NCBI GenBank assembly: GCA_051294905.1
Contig: CM119376.1
Location: 29,016,001 to 29,080,000, forward strand
Reading direction: 5' to 3'
From: Botryllus schlosseri
Taxonomy: Eukaryota
Length of the DNA: 64,000 nucleotides
In this document: positions 32,155 through 46,500 of the stretch, one piece after another
Layout: each line of letters starts with the position of its first letter
How positions within the stretch are numbered: the first letter of the stretch is position 1
Program-made: the position numbers and the translations under genes
The notes under the pieces: generated by a model
What the model was told of the DNA's origin: nothing
What the model saw: only the letters and a program-made list of their open reading frames with translations
The model's database searches: none

Positions 32155-33153
32155 TAGGGATGGTGTGAACGTGAGGTTCACGTTCGCGTTCTGTGTGTGA
32201 ACCTCGGAAATTTAGAGGTTCGCGTTCACAACAGAACCTTGGTAGGTTCTGCACTGTGAACCTTTTTCATATATTACAATTTTTACTTCATTATAAAAGA
32301 TCTTTGGTTCAAATTTATTGCATTTCAACTGCGGGCCACTCTATGCATGGCGTTGGCAGCATTAAAAATCTACACTAATCGAGCATGCACCTTGACAATC
32401 TCAAAAGGTTTACCTGCTTTATTACAAAAGTTTGCTCGAAATATCCAGCTTTCTGTTTGTGAGTATATTTAGTGACTCTCTGCTGCGAGCTTGACCCGCA
32501 ATCACACAACATCAAGAGCGAAATACGTGGTCAAGGAATGATGCTTATTCAACGAAATAATGAGACCGATATCGTTTTCTGATGTAAAAAATCTAGCAGG
32601 CGTACGTGGTGAATCTTTGCTTCATATCTTTACTGCATCATTAAAACCAAATCAGTGCGATTGAGGTGTTGGCTACTGCTGTATAACTTGTTAATGGGGT
32701 AATATCGGTAGCAAGTCTAGAAAAAAAACCGTTTTACACTCTGCTCAGTATCAATAGCAATACTCAGACGCCGAATACATTGTTCGGTCTGACCTATAGA
32801 CCGTTAAGCGTAAGCGTAAGCTTATATTCACTGGTAGGTCCTCGTCGAAATTGTTGGCAAAGCGGCATAAGATATCGATTTTGTGGGAGTATTTTATCCT
32901 TTGATTGCCTCAGTTGATATATCTACATTTAGCGACGTTGAAAACGCCAATTTGTACTTATGCATTGTGGCATTATGTGGTCCGAGTCGTCGCTAGGTAT
33001 CGTGTAGGCTATCACTTCATTGAAGATAGGGTTGTAATTAGCAATATGACGTCGCGTGACGTCATGAGGTTCACGTTCGCGTTCACACAGAACCTTTCAG
33101 AAAGGTTCGCGGTCACACGAACCTGAACCTTTCTGAGGTTCACACCATCCCTA
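32155..33153. mobile_element. Non-autonomous hAT element, 999 bp
   Basis: TIRs TAGGGATGGTGTGAAC / GTTCACACCATCCCTA; perfect TSD ATACAAGC; GAACCT/AGGTTC subterminal repeats. Confidence 0.9.
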
Positions 33154-33180
33154 ATACAAGCCGTTCTTGCAAGCAGGGCT

Positions 33181-33426
33181 TTGAAAGAGAGAGAGATATA
33201 TGATATTCTTTTTCGCCTGCACCATCGAGATGCTTTGACGACGGAGTTGCGATACGGCCGCGAGGTCATCTAGTCTGCACCTCCGTTTTTTTCTCCTCCA
33301 TGCTATCCGTTATTGCTGAGCGCCTAGCAGGATAGCTGCGGATACCAATTTTCGAGTCTTTCGGGGATCGAACCCACGACCTACCGATCGAGAAGCCGGA
33401 CGCATAACCATTGCACTATCTCGCTC
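33181..33426 (-). mobile_element. tRNA-derived SINE with Meta-domain-like core
   Basis: A box TAGTGCAATGG and B box GGTTCGATCCC, followed by aaagactcgaaaattggtatccgcagctatcctgctaggcgctcagcaataac. The 5' extent is clear; the tail extent is approximate. Confidence 0.7.
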
Positions 33427-34558
33427 GAAACATCCAATTCATTCCGTCATAGCAATCAGTACACTACAGGTTCTCACACTGGCAGGCACGGAACTGGAAA
33501 TTTTTCCGAATTTTCTCATAAACTATCAGCCATCAAACTATCCGAGGGATTGCCAACATTCTAGTTGCATTCTGTGATATGCCAATTAGGGATGCGTGAT
33601 TTAAAAGCTTCGAGAACCACTGCTCTTCACGAAATCCACTCGATGCCGTTGCTTACTGTGCTGATACAATGCAGTCACTCTTGTGAATCCAGGCTGGCTG
33701 CAGGCTGAACCTACTTCTACGACTTGAAGCGAGACGCAGGGTCCAAGGCTGCGACAATTTTGCTTCTTGCAGGCCTGTTAACTAGAAGCAAATACTTTCG
33801 CTCCTCCCAAATTATGAGTCCGCCTGTCGAGTACAGAAGAGGGCAAGACTTTTGCATGACAAAGAAGAGTTACATTTCGTTAACTGAGCGGCGTGACTGT
33901 TCTATCTGAGATGGGACGTTGTAACCATAAGTCCGGGTCATCATACGCCTCGTACATTCCTCACCGCCATTTCACTACCAGGATTATACATATTTTCAGG
34001 CGATGAAAATAAAATGTCGCAATAATTCGAAACGTCAACAAAGTAAAATCGATGCTGTCAGGCAATAGCAGATATAAAATGGAATTCAACAAAAACTCAG
34101 AATTTGAACTATCATCACGGAAGTCAAATGATCTTGACATAGAATGCATCATAAGGAATTGAAAACCATAACAACGCTAATGCATACATCCGTTTTAGTA
34201 GCAGTTATTGAGCTATGCTTCTTGTAAAGTACTGAAACAAATATGATGTGGGTTAAAAAACAATAAAAGAACAGACAATAAATGTATGGAAAAAGCAGCA
34301 CTTAGATATATTAAAATATCGACCGCAAAACAAGACAATGTTACCCTTTTGATGAAATCTAAATCGATACCCTGACTACGAGGATTTTTGCAATATTGAA
34401 ACAAGTCACACAATGATTGCTGTGCCGGGCAAGAAGGTGGAAAGGCTTTCAACGACTAAAATAAACAATGTGTCAAAATGGCTCTACAAAACAGGACAGG
34501 GTGCAAAAATGCAGGTAGAAATATGCTGAATATGGCTTTTCGGTACTGAAATTTGAAA

Positions 34559-37500
34559 TCATGGTGCGTTTTCTGACGAGGGCAAGTTGCATCGCACAGT
34601 TTTAGGAAGAAATCGCCGTTTAACAGAAACAGGAATTCTGCTTCTCTTAGCAACGGAAGACTTTTTATCTGCAGCAATCCTGGAGAGTTCATTGTTGGCA
34701 ATGTGCTGATTTTTTGTGATAGTGAGCAATCTGAAACAAAACCTTCTCGTTAAATTCGTGAATAACTTATTTGCATTTGCAAAAGATCATTACCTCCAAG
34801 CGTGCCAGACTTTTTGCTTCAACTCTCTCTCCAATTGATGCGTGGAATCATTGACAGCCGTGTGCTTACAAAATGCGAGACGCCAATTTCGCCAAGCGCA
34901 ATAAAGCAATCGAAGCTCATTCTGAAATAGTCCAAAAGTTGGTGTCAAACAAGCATTGCAAGGATCCACGGTTGTGATAACTCGGTGACTGGAGTCGAAT
35001 CGCAAGTGTGACGTGACTTGACGATTACCCGCTAAAAGAATGCGACCCAGCAAGAAAAATCGACTTTTTGAAAACATGTACTCAAGTCAGGGCCAAGGTT
35101 CCGAGTCACAAGTCAATATCACTTTTATAATTTCGACTCGAATCAAGTCGAGTCAAGTCCGAGTTCAAGTTAGTGAGCAGGGGGTCGAGTCCGAGTCATT
35201 ATGTTCACTATTCAGTTTTGAGTTCAATCCGGTTCAACCCACTCTTTTCAACTCTGCTCGAGTGGTTACGATTTTCCTCAGTAGTAACAGTTTCTGGCCT
35301 TATTTTCCAAGTATCAGGACTGATAGACGAAATACCAATAATGTGGTGACTTTACTATTCTTCGAAGTTACAATGAAATGTCTGTCTTAGCCGTCCTAGT
35401 CTCGAGTCATATGACTTGGTTAGAGTCATGCACAATGACTCGAGTACAAGTCGAGTCAATACAAAAATTGACTCGAGTCGAATCATTTTACGCATTTGTA
35501 AAAATGACTCGATTTAAGTCGAGTCTCCAAAAAATCATGACTCGAGTCGAATTAGAGTCATTGCAACTCTGACTCAAGTTCTTTTCAAACCTTTCTTTTC
35601 TATGTCCACCTAAATTAGTTTTGGAAAGTCACAGAAATCACTACTTCTACTTGAGCTCAAGTTGAACTTTATGGCATTACTTGCATTTCTACTGCAGTGC
35701 CAGATAGCGACAAGCATTTTAAAAAATGAACCAGGCTTGCAATGACCCCTGAAGCAATTTTCCGGTGACTCGATTTGAGACGAGTCATTTCTTTAATATT
35801 GAAAAAGACTCGACTCGGGTCACTTTGTGCATTGGCTCGACTTGATTCAAATCACTTTCATCTGTTTGAATGAACGTGTTAAGAAAAATGAGTATAGTTT
35901 AGTGTTGAGAATCAGAGTCTAGGGGTGGAGGCCAAAAATATAGATCAAATAAAAGATCTGGGGATTTTGCACGTTGCTGGATTTTCTGCGGACCAGAAAG
36001 GTAGATTAGTAAGATTCTGCCAGGACCGACTGAGTATAGACTGCTGCTTCTTGATCCTGGTCGCCACCAGGATTAAAGTCTAGATCAGTGGTTCCCAACG
36101 TGGGCGATATCGCCCCCCAGGGGGCGATTTGGCGATCTAGGGGGGCGAAAATAACTAAGGGGGCGATAGGGGGGCGAAAACGGACGAAGGGGGCGATAGG
36201 GGGGCGAAAACGTTGGACCTTCCAATCAAATCATATTCATTATATGCTTGGTTTATTGTTTAGTTCAAGTTATATGAGATCGATGTTGATAGAAAAGTGA
36301 CTCAATATTTGACCCAATCTAGCCTGTGATACCTGAAAAGGATTTCACGTCCCGTAAATTTGCCTCATATTACATCTATTTCACTTGTTTACGAGCTCTC
36401 TCATCCTCGTACCATCGAGTATTTGGTGTACGTTCATTCTCAATGGCTATACCGCAATAGTTACATCATAATCGAACATCTGCTGTTTGTGCGTGAGCCA
36501 GCAAGCAGGAAGCACGAACACTTTCTGTCAGAACTGCTAATTAGTGTGTCGTGTCGTTGCGAAGTAGCCAGTTTTGTCAATTAGCGCATATTGGGGCCAA
36601 ATTTGGGAATATTGGCACGTTGGCACATTTTCAGCTCGTTCGAATTTCTTCAACTATCACTGTGAAAATTTGTTTTCATCATTTACACAAGTAGCAAGTG
36701 CATGGTGCTTACTCGCGCACACAAGGACATATTGGGGTTGTTTTACATAATTTTGACCTGCAGTAGGCATACGGGGTATTACGCCCCACAAACCGTTGTC
36801 CTATATAACATCGATATCATAGGTCCCGAGTCACTTTATCTGCTTCCCACTGCAAGAGCCAATTTGTGGTGTAGGTTATCATTTAGGCTACCAGGCCTAC
36901 CAAAGCAAGCTGATATATTGAAAAATTTGCTGGTTCGCTTTCGCGTCGATTTGGTAGTAGAATTCTTGACGTCTGTAAATGTACCTTGAGCTTGACGACC
37001 TTATGCGCATGAAAATGAATTCCACGACTTTCTTGCAGCATAATTTAAGCAAATTGAACAATTGAAACTGATTTCTATAAACATGTAAATACATTTCGAA
37101 CCATGAAGATAATTTAGGTATACTTCAGTCAGTTTGACGTTATGTTTTGCAATATTTGACTCCCAGAGCTTTCGCACAGTTGGCATCTCTATGTATGATA
37201 TCTGAACAGAGGTGGTCAAAGTAGTCAAGAAAGCTACTCAAGTAGAAGTAGAAGTAGCGACGAAAAAATCTACTCAAGTACGAGTAGAAGTACTTCTTCC
37301 ATGAGCAACCTTAAACTACTTGAAGTAGAAGTAGAATTGACTGACTTTAAAAGTACTCAAGTAAGTAAGTAGTTGTGAAAACGATCCTAATTCGTTCACA
37401 TGGATTGTAAAAAGGTGAAAATTGAGCTATGGGAAAGGTGACGAGCATGATTCATATTGATACATACCAGCAGGTATCCAATTTTCGATAGCATCATAAG

Positions 37501-40500
37501 CCAAGGGTTCTCAAAGGGTGGGCCATATAGAAGCATTTGAGGTGGGCTACAAAGCTATTTAGAAAATTGAAGAATTAATGTAAGTTTAGTTATATTTGTT
37601 ATGTTAATCGCTAAAAATTTATTCATCGAATTATGCGTAGGCTGCGTAAAGCTTTTCACCCGACTCTGATGAGACGTAGCGGCACGTGTGGGGTCTGCAT
37701 GTACGTACAAGTCCAAAACGGGAGGGAGAAACAGCGGCTTTTTCCACTGACTATGGCAACCTACGGCTAACAGCAACTAACATAATTTCGAGTATATAAT
37801 AACTGGAAGGTATAATGCTGAAGTAACCAAGTAATGCGGCAGCGGCTGGGGCATATGTCGTATGCCGTTGAAAGGGGTGTGCAATAAACTCGGAATGAAG
37901 TGTAATTGATATATAGATTTACTATAGGCTACTAAGGCAAGCCGTAATATTGTAAGATAAAATAAGCCATAATTGCAAATTATCAGCAACTTCTGGTGGA
38001 GGTATACCGCACCACCGCAACGAATCGTAATGGATTGAGGATTTAGTGGAGCTCATTAATATTTGGAGTCGGTTTAAAATGTCCGCCGTGATATCATTGT
38101 ACTTAATGTAAGAGTCACATAAATTGATTGTATCATTGAATTGAATATTCTGACATTGCAACTTCAGTTGGTTTGTTACAAGATGTGTTATTGCATGCAT
38201 ATTAAAAAAATCTTTCTCGAATTCCTTGTAGTACCCCATTCACCAATGAATTGTTGGAAGCTCACCCAGAATGACTATATTATTCCCCACAATAGTGAAA
38301 CTAAAATCCCAATCACACAGTGAAAGCGTGAATTTGATCATTGGGTTTCGCGAAGCGAATGGAGCAGCGGGCGATTGTAATATACACATAGGAGTTTCAG
38401 CCTATGATCTACCAAGGCCGTAACTGCTCCACCCATACCCCCGATTGCGGGACCTCGAAGGGTCCAAGAATATTTCGTTGGTCGTTTGTTGGTGCAGATT
38501 TATTTGACTTGGAAATATTCGTCGCGCTTCGTGCAATTGATTGGGCCGAAAGGTCTACCTTTGAATATCAGCAGTAAATTAAGAGAAAAATGCGCATATT
38601 TTAGAGAAATAGGCATATCGGCGCGGTCCATTACCACGCATTGAACAGGATTATGACTCCAAGATAAGAGGTGGGTCACAGCACATTTTCAAACCGGGAA
38701 ATGGGCCACGGCCAAGAAAGGACTAAGAACTCCTGGCATAAGCATTCATTCGTCCACATCATGGGATGAAAATAATAGTATTGATATGGAAATGCGATAC
38801 TAATCCTCTGTTTATTCAACCAGAACGTTTTAGAAAATATCAAGGTATTGCGCACTCCCCCATATTATAAGGCCTGTAGTTTAGTCGATGAGCAATAATA
38901 AAAAATATGGTGGACCGTAAAAATGCTATATTGTGTAGCTTTATTTCTGGAAATTGAAGGAATTACTAGACTGCTTTTATACTTCAACATGTACGTTATG
39001 CAGACAAAAGAAGTGATGTTAATTAGAAATCAAAATATATGGTACTGGGAATTGAAAGTGAAATATAAATCTAAAAACAGAACATGTATTTAATGTCTTT
39101 AGTCAAGAAAGTTTCGAAGGTTGGTATGCTAAAACAGCTCTAAACCTAAAGAAAAGTCAAGAGTCCACTTTTCCAGATTAGGACACGCCATGGACATGCT
39201 AGATTACGATATGATAAGTAAATGTTAGATTGCTAGTTTCAATCGTTGTTATGAGCCATATATACTGTGATGAAATATTTGATATGGCGAGGGGTGACAA
39301 TGCGGTGTGAACGGAACCACGTCAACCCGCTACCTAAATTATATTCATCGATAGTTTCGTGAAATCATACTGAATACACCTCATTATTTCACTGCGCGCG
39401 AAGCGCGACCAAAGTTCTAGGTTTAACTCGAGTTTTATGAAAACTAAATGTCAATACTTCGCGAAAACAGCCTAGAAATTTCTCAGGCTATCTTCCCGAT
39501 TGGAGGATTAAACTACTTCTACTTGACAAACTAAAAATAGCGAAAAGTAAGTAAGTAGATGACAGAATATTATGAAGTAAAAGTAGAAGTAGTGAAATTC
39601 AGATCTACTTGAGTAAGTACCAGAAGTAGAGTGAAACTACTTGAGTACTTCGAAAAAGTAGAAGTACTTCGTTACTGACCACCTCTGTATCTGAAGCAAG
39701 CGAAACAGTTGATTTTCAATCACCGATGTAGTTTTCATTCGTCTACTTTTTAGACGTGACACAACATTGCTTCTTGATATGCCTTATTTTATAGCCTACT
39801 AGTAACTACAATGGTTGCCAAAACGTTGATGGCCCTGTGCGGTTAGATTTGTGGAGGACAGTAAGTTGTTATGATACCGAATAGTACAGTAATGGCCATC
39901 TAACTTATTGTCGAACGTTAGGCATTTAGCATTTAGGCAAATCCCTGTCTCTGCGCACTGTGCAGTGTGCAATCACCAACTCACTGCGCGGTCCATTGGA
40001 CAGCAGTGACTAACGACTAAAAGAGGTCATCACTGAATTCCCTATTTTCTTCTTAATTTTGTGGTGTTGACTAAAAGTAGGTCATCACATCGTTTTTTTT
40101 TTGCGCGCAGATGCCATGTCAGCAATGCGCATTGGGCATGCGCGCTGCTTACAGGGAACTGTGGTAACGAGAGGTCAATGAAACTCTGATTAGGAACGCT
40201 TTCTTATCGGGGGGCGATGAAAATGTTTTGAGCTTCATAAGGGGGCGATGAGTCAAAAAAGGTTGGGAACCACTGGTCTAGATTAAGGTACGCAAGCATA
40301 TAAATTTGGCGAGGTTTGTAATAGTTATGACATTGTAGATTGAAATTGCTTATCTGAGGCTCATTATAAAGATAGTGAATATTGCATGTTAGCGATATTT
40401 TGTTACCGGTACTCAATTGTGCTTCTCCTTATTGACTGATGATCATGTTATTACAGAATGTTTAATGATAATTGCATACAAACTATATAATAAACGAGTT

Positions 40501-43500
40501 CTGCCGTTCTCTTGCATTGGAAACAATCAACCAGGCCGTGAAATGCCACATCACCAAACATGGCAAAAACACAGAACAGCAATTGAAGGTTGCTTCAAAA
40601 CAAGAGAAAGTCTCAAAACTGAAAATGACAGAAGGCCTTCAGAACATTCAATGGTATCTGACTCGGTGACGGTTCTATTTATTGCAAGGTAAGTTTGTAG
40701 ACATTAATTATATCCATAATATGGCGCATATCAGTAAATTAATGGTTAAAGCTGTCATACCAGCACAGGTTCAGCCATTTGAACATTATTTTGAAAGTGA
40801 TTCCACCATATTGTCTGTAGTTACTGCAGAAAATCAATCATGGAAGTTATTTTGCGAAAGAGTAATGAGAATTTGTTCGATACATTGACCACATCGAGAA
40901 GTGTTCCCCATGATGAAGATCGGTTCGTGTCCGAGGCAACTCTTCTCGTTATTTTCATCACTACTTTTTGCTAACATATCAATTGTACAAGTGTAGATTA
41001 GGGTTGTCCAAAATTTGAAAAATTTCGAAAATGCTGCGTTGTAATGTCTTATTCTATAGATTATTGATTAAAAACATCAACAAGCCTGAAAGAAGCTCTC
41101 AGGAACGTCGTTAAGATTTCTTACAAAGCGTTTGAAAGTAGCCGTCTGCATGTGGGCGGGGAATCGATGAAGTGGGCGGGCAATCACGAACCTAGAATTT
41201 TGATTGGTTGGAACCTGTAATAATAAGCTACTGATTGGCTGAAATACTGATTTTGTGATCATTGCTGGTCACGATTTCGTTCTACTCTGTTGTGTTGGTT
41301 TGCAGCCATTTCTGTTCGTGGCATTGGCGATATGGTAAATTGACGTTGTTAATGCTGCCATCGACAACAGCATAACGATCCAGTAATATATTTTCTACCT
41401 GAACACTGTGTATAACAGTTTTGTTACTTCTTGCACAGGAGCTTGGCCAATTAAGATAAGAATGAACTAGATGCATGCATCGTGCTACCTTCGAGCCTTC
41501 TAAAACATACCAGTTGACAACGACTGTAACTCATAAATTGCAAACCAGTAGTCAATTTCTCCTTATGGCTTGTTATGGTAAGTCGACGTCTCTCTCTAAA
41601 ACGAACGCATATTACACTTTTTATTCAAGATTTAACAAAGGCAAAAATGCTATTTACAAAAGGCATCATTAAAAAGTATATCGCAGGGTCAGTGTTGCAG
41701 ATCACTGGCCTTTGATAAGAGTAGACTTCCTGCTGTCTCCAAAAATCTTCCTATGCTGTTCCACAGCTTGAAGCAAACTGTCTCTTTGCTGTTCATTGTC
41801 AGTCAAGATTGCAGCATAGTCTGTGCTTAGCTTGACACCTCTTTCTGCGGCATCATTAACGACTTTGACAGAACTAACGTAGCAATTCATTTTATTGAAT
41901 GAATCTGAAAAGTGCCAATCATCAACCGGTTGACGCAGCCAATCCCCAGAGCATTCAAAAACTTCAAATATGTACCACGACTGGGGCCCAATAAGGTCAG
42001 ACAACGTACTGTCCTTGTTGATCTGTATAGTTGCATTCAATGAGGGTGGGCCCCTTCTGAAACTGGAAGTTCGCTCTACTTGCAGGAGCGCCTTTGCCAT
42101 ATTTTCCCGGGTTTCCTTGCTTTCCGTCGGTGAAAACAAGGCGTATACAGCGGTTTCCTCAACAATATACCAGTCGTGCTTCAAAAGCTTTCGTGAAGCA
42201 GCTGTGGAAACTTGCTCATCATATTCCTTATAACTCAACATGTGCTGAACGAATCTCAAGTCATTACCAGCTGCATCACGACCAATGCTTGAATCCACCC
42301 ACGCAGGGATATAAAAGAGAACCAAAAATAAATTGAAGCGGCGCAGCAGTTCAACTTCTTCAGATTTGTAATCTAATTGGTCGGCCCACATGAACATCTT
42401 TTGAGCATACAGAATTGTACCCATCCATCTCGCATGGTGTGCTGCACCAGGTTTGTGATGACGTATATCTTCATCTGCACCGAGAAGAGCAAGAGCATTA
42501 GTCACACATTGCTTGTAGTCATCCCGTGTGAAAAAATCTTTTCTGTTCAACAGTAGCTTGAACTTATCAACTATCATTGCAGCTCGTTCAGCAAAACATA
42601 GAGGAATAGTCAGAGTCTTGAATTGCTGTTCCCTGTCAAGACTGCTCCAGTGCTCCAGTTCCTTTTAAGGTGGGCAAACCATGCATTCTCTGGTCCAGTT
42701 GTGGCCTTTCCAAATAAAGATTTCCAAACGTCTTTCACTACCAGCTCATACACATGGTGCCGACATGCATGGTAGAACACCTTCCTTCCTAGAAGGTCTT
42801 CAAGAATCTTTGCTGCACCCTTCTTCCAGCCGCTGTTGCTTGCTGTAGTGTCAAAAACCAAAGCTGTTACAGCATCTTTTATATTCCAACTTTCAATTAT
42901 GTTGAAAGTGGTTTCTGCTTGCGTCTGACCTGCAGCATTTTGCATCTTTTGAATGCCAAGTAGTTTTCCTTCTGAGTATTGAGGATGACAAGATAGGACA
43001 ATTGACAGAGCCTCATACCGATTTCCTAATCTATCCTCTGTGAGCTTTCCATCCCAATGAATAGCAACATGTTGAGGTTTATTTTCTGCAAATTTTTCTG
43101 AAATATCCTTGGAAATTTCAAGACGATTTGTTTCCCTGGCTCTCTTTGTCGAAGATCTTGACAGAGAGAACATTGCTATGTCACCGCCACAAGCCGTAAT
43201 AAATGCTCCGATCAGCATTGTTGCCTTGTTGTCTGTTAGTTGCAATCGATCCAGAGCTTGGGACACATGGGTATTATTCATAATATTTTTAGGTGCCATC
43301 AGCTTAATGGCTGTCGAGGTGCCAAGACCAACATCAGCATCATAATCAGAACTTGAACTCAAACTATCACCCTCTTTTGAAGATGAAGAAGATGCTAAAA
43401 CAACATAGTCATCACTTGAGTCATGTTGAATGTTTTTAACAGTTCTATCCGCCATGGTTGCTGTTTTCTTTTCGATGTCTTTAGCGAGAATCTTGTCTCT

Positions 43501-46500
43501 TCCAACATTATGCATTTGCGAGATTGCTGTTAATCTTCATAGAATGCAATGTCTTCGAGCTTTCTATCATGTGATAGATAAATGTCATTTTGTATTATTG
43601 CTATCGCATCTGTACTTCCAATATCCCACAACTTGTCCAAATCTTCCGTGAATTTTTTCCTCTTACCCTTGGGATCACTTTCCCGTTTCATGGTCGCCTT
43701 CAGAAAAATATATTTTTTGTTCAGTTTTTCAAGTAATTTCACCGCATTTCCTTCAAGTATTGTGGCAATTCTCGCCATTTGCCACACTGTCATGACATCA
43801 TGAACCACCACATTACATAGCTCACGAGTAGGGGTTGACTGAGGGCAATGGTCTTTCAGATGCAGAAAGTAACTCATTACTTCTCGCAAGGTTGGTAATC
43901 TCGAGCCACAGATGTAATCGCAAGCATATCCGACCAAGTAATGCTCAGATCGAGATCTTGTTCTTCTCTGTGGCAAGTGCACAGTCTTCCGCCGTTTTGC
44001 CTCTGCCATGACAGTAATATTTTTGCCTTCTATCATAAATTACAGCTACGCCTAAAACATTTAAGTAACAAGTGTTACATTACGACTATTAACTCACCAA
44101 CCCACAATGCCCTTGTACATAACCACAACCACTACTAACAAAATCGACCTCATCAGAACAGAAAATGCTGCTGCAACTAAAACATTGAGCAAGGAACAAG
44201 TGTTGCATTACAACTATTGATGCATCAACCCACAATGCGCTTTACAAATTCCCGTCTCTACTAACAGACTCGACCTCCGCAAAACAGAAACTACTGCTAC
44301 AACTGATACATTCGAAGAACCACTGTTACATTACTACTATTGACTCATCAAACCACAACACGCTTTTACAGTATTACAGCCGTCACCAACAGACTCAGCA
44401 GCAGCAAAACCTACTCCTTCTGTCAAACACGGTGAAGCACCCAAATCAGAGCTGACAGCCGCCGTCATCATTGAAGCATAACCGATTACCCAATCAAGAA
44501 TCGTGGTTTCGTCATTGCCCGCCTAGTTGCAATTTCGCCGTCGGTGGCCCGCCCACTCTTTGGCAGCTACTTTCAAACGCTTTGTAAGAAATCTTAACGA
44601 CGTTCCTGAGAGCTTCTTTCAGGCTTGTTGATGTTTTTAATCAATAATCTATAGAATAAGACATTACAACGCAGCATTTTCGAAATTTTTCAAATTTTGG
44701 ACAACCCTAGTGTGCACTTGTGCATTGTACATGTGTAAACATACGTATAGCCTCAAATTCTTCTGAAACATTCACATTTTTTTCAGAAACAAGCTACATG
44801 GAATCGCAGTCAACATGCGTGACAAAGACGAGTGATCTGCCACCTGGTATGTAGCTTATACTCATTTGGATTTCAAGTCGAGTTGATACAATCTTGCAGT
44901 TTCGGAGGGTTTGGCAAACTTTTGCTCCACTGCCCCAACCATTGTTATGTAAAAATTTCCCACTTTGTACTTCGTTTTCTAGTGAAGTGTATCTGCGAAC
45001 GATAGAGTTGGAAATGGTGTTTGACTGCTCGAAAGATTGCTGATTACCAGTGCAATGCACATAGTTACAATCCTGTAACAATTGATATAAGATGGTGTAC
45101 AATGGAGCCTGACCGATTATATCGCTTTGCCGATAATATAGACTCGATATCACTCTTTGAAAGAATTATTGGTATCGGCCATTGGAAATGAATATATGGG
45201 CAATTTTCGTGAGGTCACAGCATGGTGATAGGAAGTCCATAAACTATAATCTTTGACCACTAGACTGAGAATATTGATATATTTCACTTATATTACACTC
45301 TACAGGTGTCCTGATACAGCCTTTCTAGTTTATTTCCTATCCAAGTATAGCATTGGCTGTAAAGCTGTTCAAATAGATGCCCTGAAATTTTTCAAATGCG
45401 CATTATAAGGTATTCCACACAATTTGAATATAGGCTATAGTGGTTATCGGTGAAGGAGTTCGATATTGGTTTTATCGGTATCGGCCCAAAACTCCAATAT
45501 CAGTCGGGCTCTAGTATACAAATACAATACAATGAAAACTACCAATTCTGCACTTTGTGATCAGCTGGTTGCAGAATACAAGTTTTTAATCACTAGAGAC
45601 TGACCGATTATTGGTTCACCGCTCATATCGAATGGATACCACACTTGGAAACAGATATTTATATCAGGCATTAGAGGAAAAAATATCAGCCAACAAGGCA
45701 AGGAGAATTTCCAAATGATTTCTTTGTGATTGACTTCCTAATACAAGTTTTAGTTTAATCATAGGTTACTACCTCATCGCAGAGTCAATATGAACTTCTT
45801 TTAATTCAGAAAAACAATGAGCTGAGAATTGAACTGATGGTGTCCAAGATTGAGGAGCTCAAAGAAAGAAAAGACATGAGAGACGAAGAATGATATTTCA
45901 AAGAATTCGAAATGCGTATTGAAGAACATGCGATAAAAATGGAAAAATATAGATTAGAACTTGGACAATTGAGGAATTAGTGACATATGTAATGCAATAT
46001 TTCTTTGTTCAATTATGTCAAGTTATGTAAATAGCCGAATACGCATTTTCTGAAAAGCAACATTTCTTTATAATATTTCGTTGTGCCTGCCTGCCAAGTT
46101 TTCCTCGCCATAAATAGGCAACTTGGATTTTCTGTGCGCAGAGACCATATCAGCACTGCGCATTTGCGCACATGAGTAGCTTAGAGGGAACATTGCTTAT
46201 AGGTATTCTCGACGGCGCACATTTTTTGAAATGCAAAATTTCTTTATAATATTTCATTGTGCCTGCCTGCCAAGTGTTCCTCACTTTATAGGTATTGTCG
46301 ACGGTGCAAATATTTTGGTACATTTTTTCAATTCATGGTCAATTTGAATACAAATAATGGGACACCTGCTCTTTGTTTATTATCTACAGTGCAATTGTAG
46401 TTGAATCTTTCATTCCACGAAGTCATGCACATTTCATTCTCTTTATTATTTTTACACCAGCACGGTTTACTGTGTTCGTTAAAATTATAAAATAAACATA

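Larger units (their letters stand above)
36086..40275. mobile_element. Non-autonomous hAT (Charlie/Buster-type) element A, 4190 bp
   Basis: TIRs CAGTGGTTCCCAAC / GTTGGGAACCACTG; perfect 8-bp TSD GTCTAGAT, the typical Buster/Charlie-type target; GGGGCGA subterminal repeats. Confidence 0.9.

Noticed and set aside
33355-33426. tRNA gene (also 58250-58316)
   Set aside because: A and B boxes are present but there is no acceptor-stem pairing, and the sequence runs into a SINE core.
33700-34452. Additional 3' SFI1 exons
   Set aside because: Plausible splice sites exist (e.g. an exon near 34372-34456), but the preceding exon already reaches a stop and the frames carry no repeat signature. Unresolved.
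31177-34558. SFI1-SRSF10 operon
   Set aside because: Same strand, but a ~3.4-kb gap filled with repeats, unlike tightly abutting ascidian operons.
35040-35572. ORFs rich in TRVES/MTRV (also 50403-51105, 52761-53180)
   Set aside because: Translations of GACTCGAGTC MITE repeats or overlaps with SFI1 exons.
44794-45153. 119-aa minus-strand ORF as a gene
   Set aside because: It begins inside a MITE, lies within the Harbinger element and has no recognisable motif.
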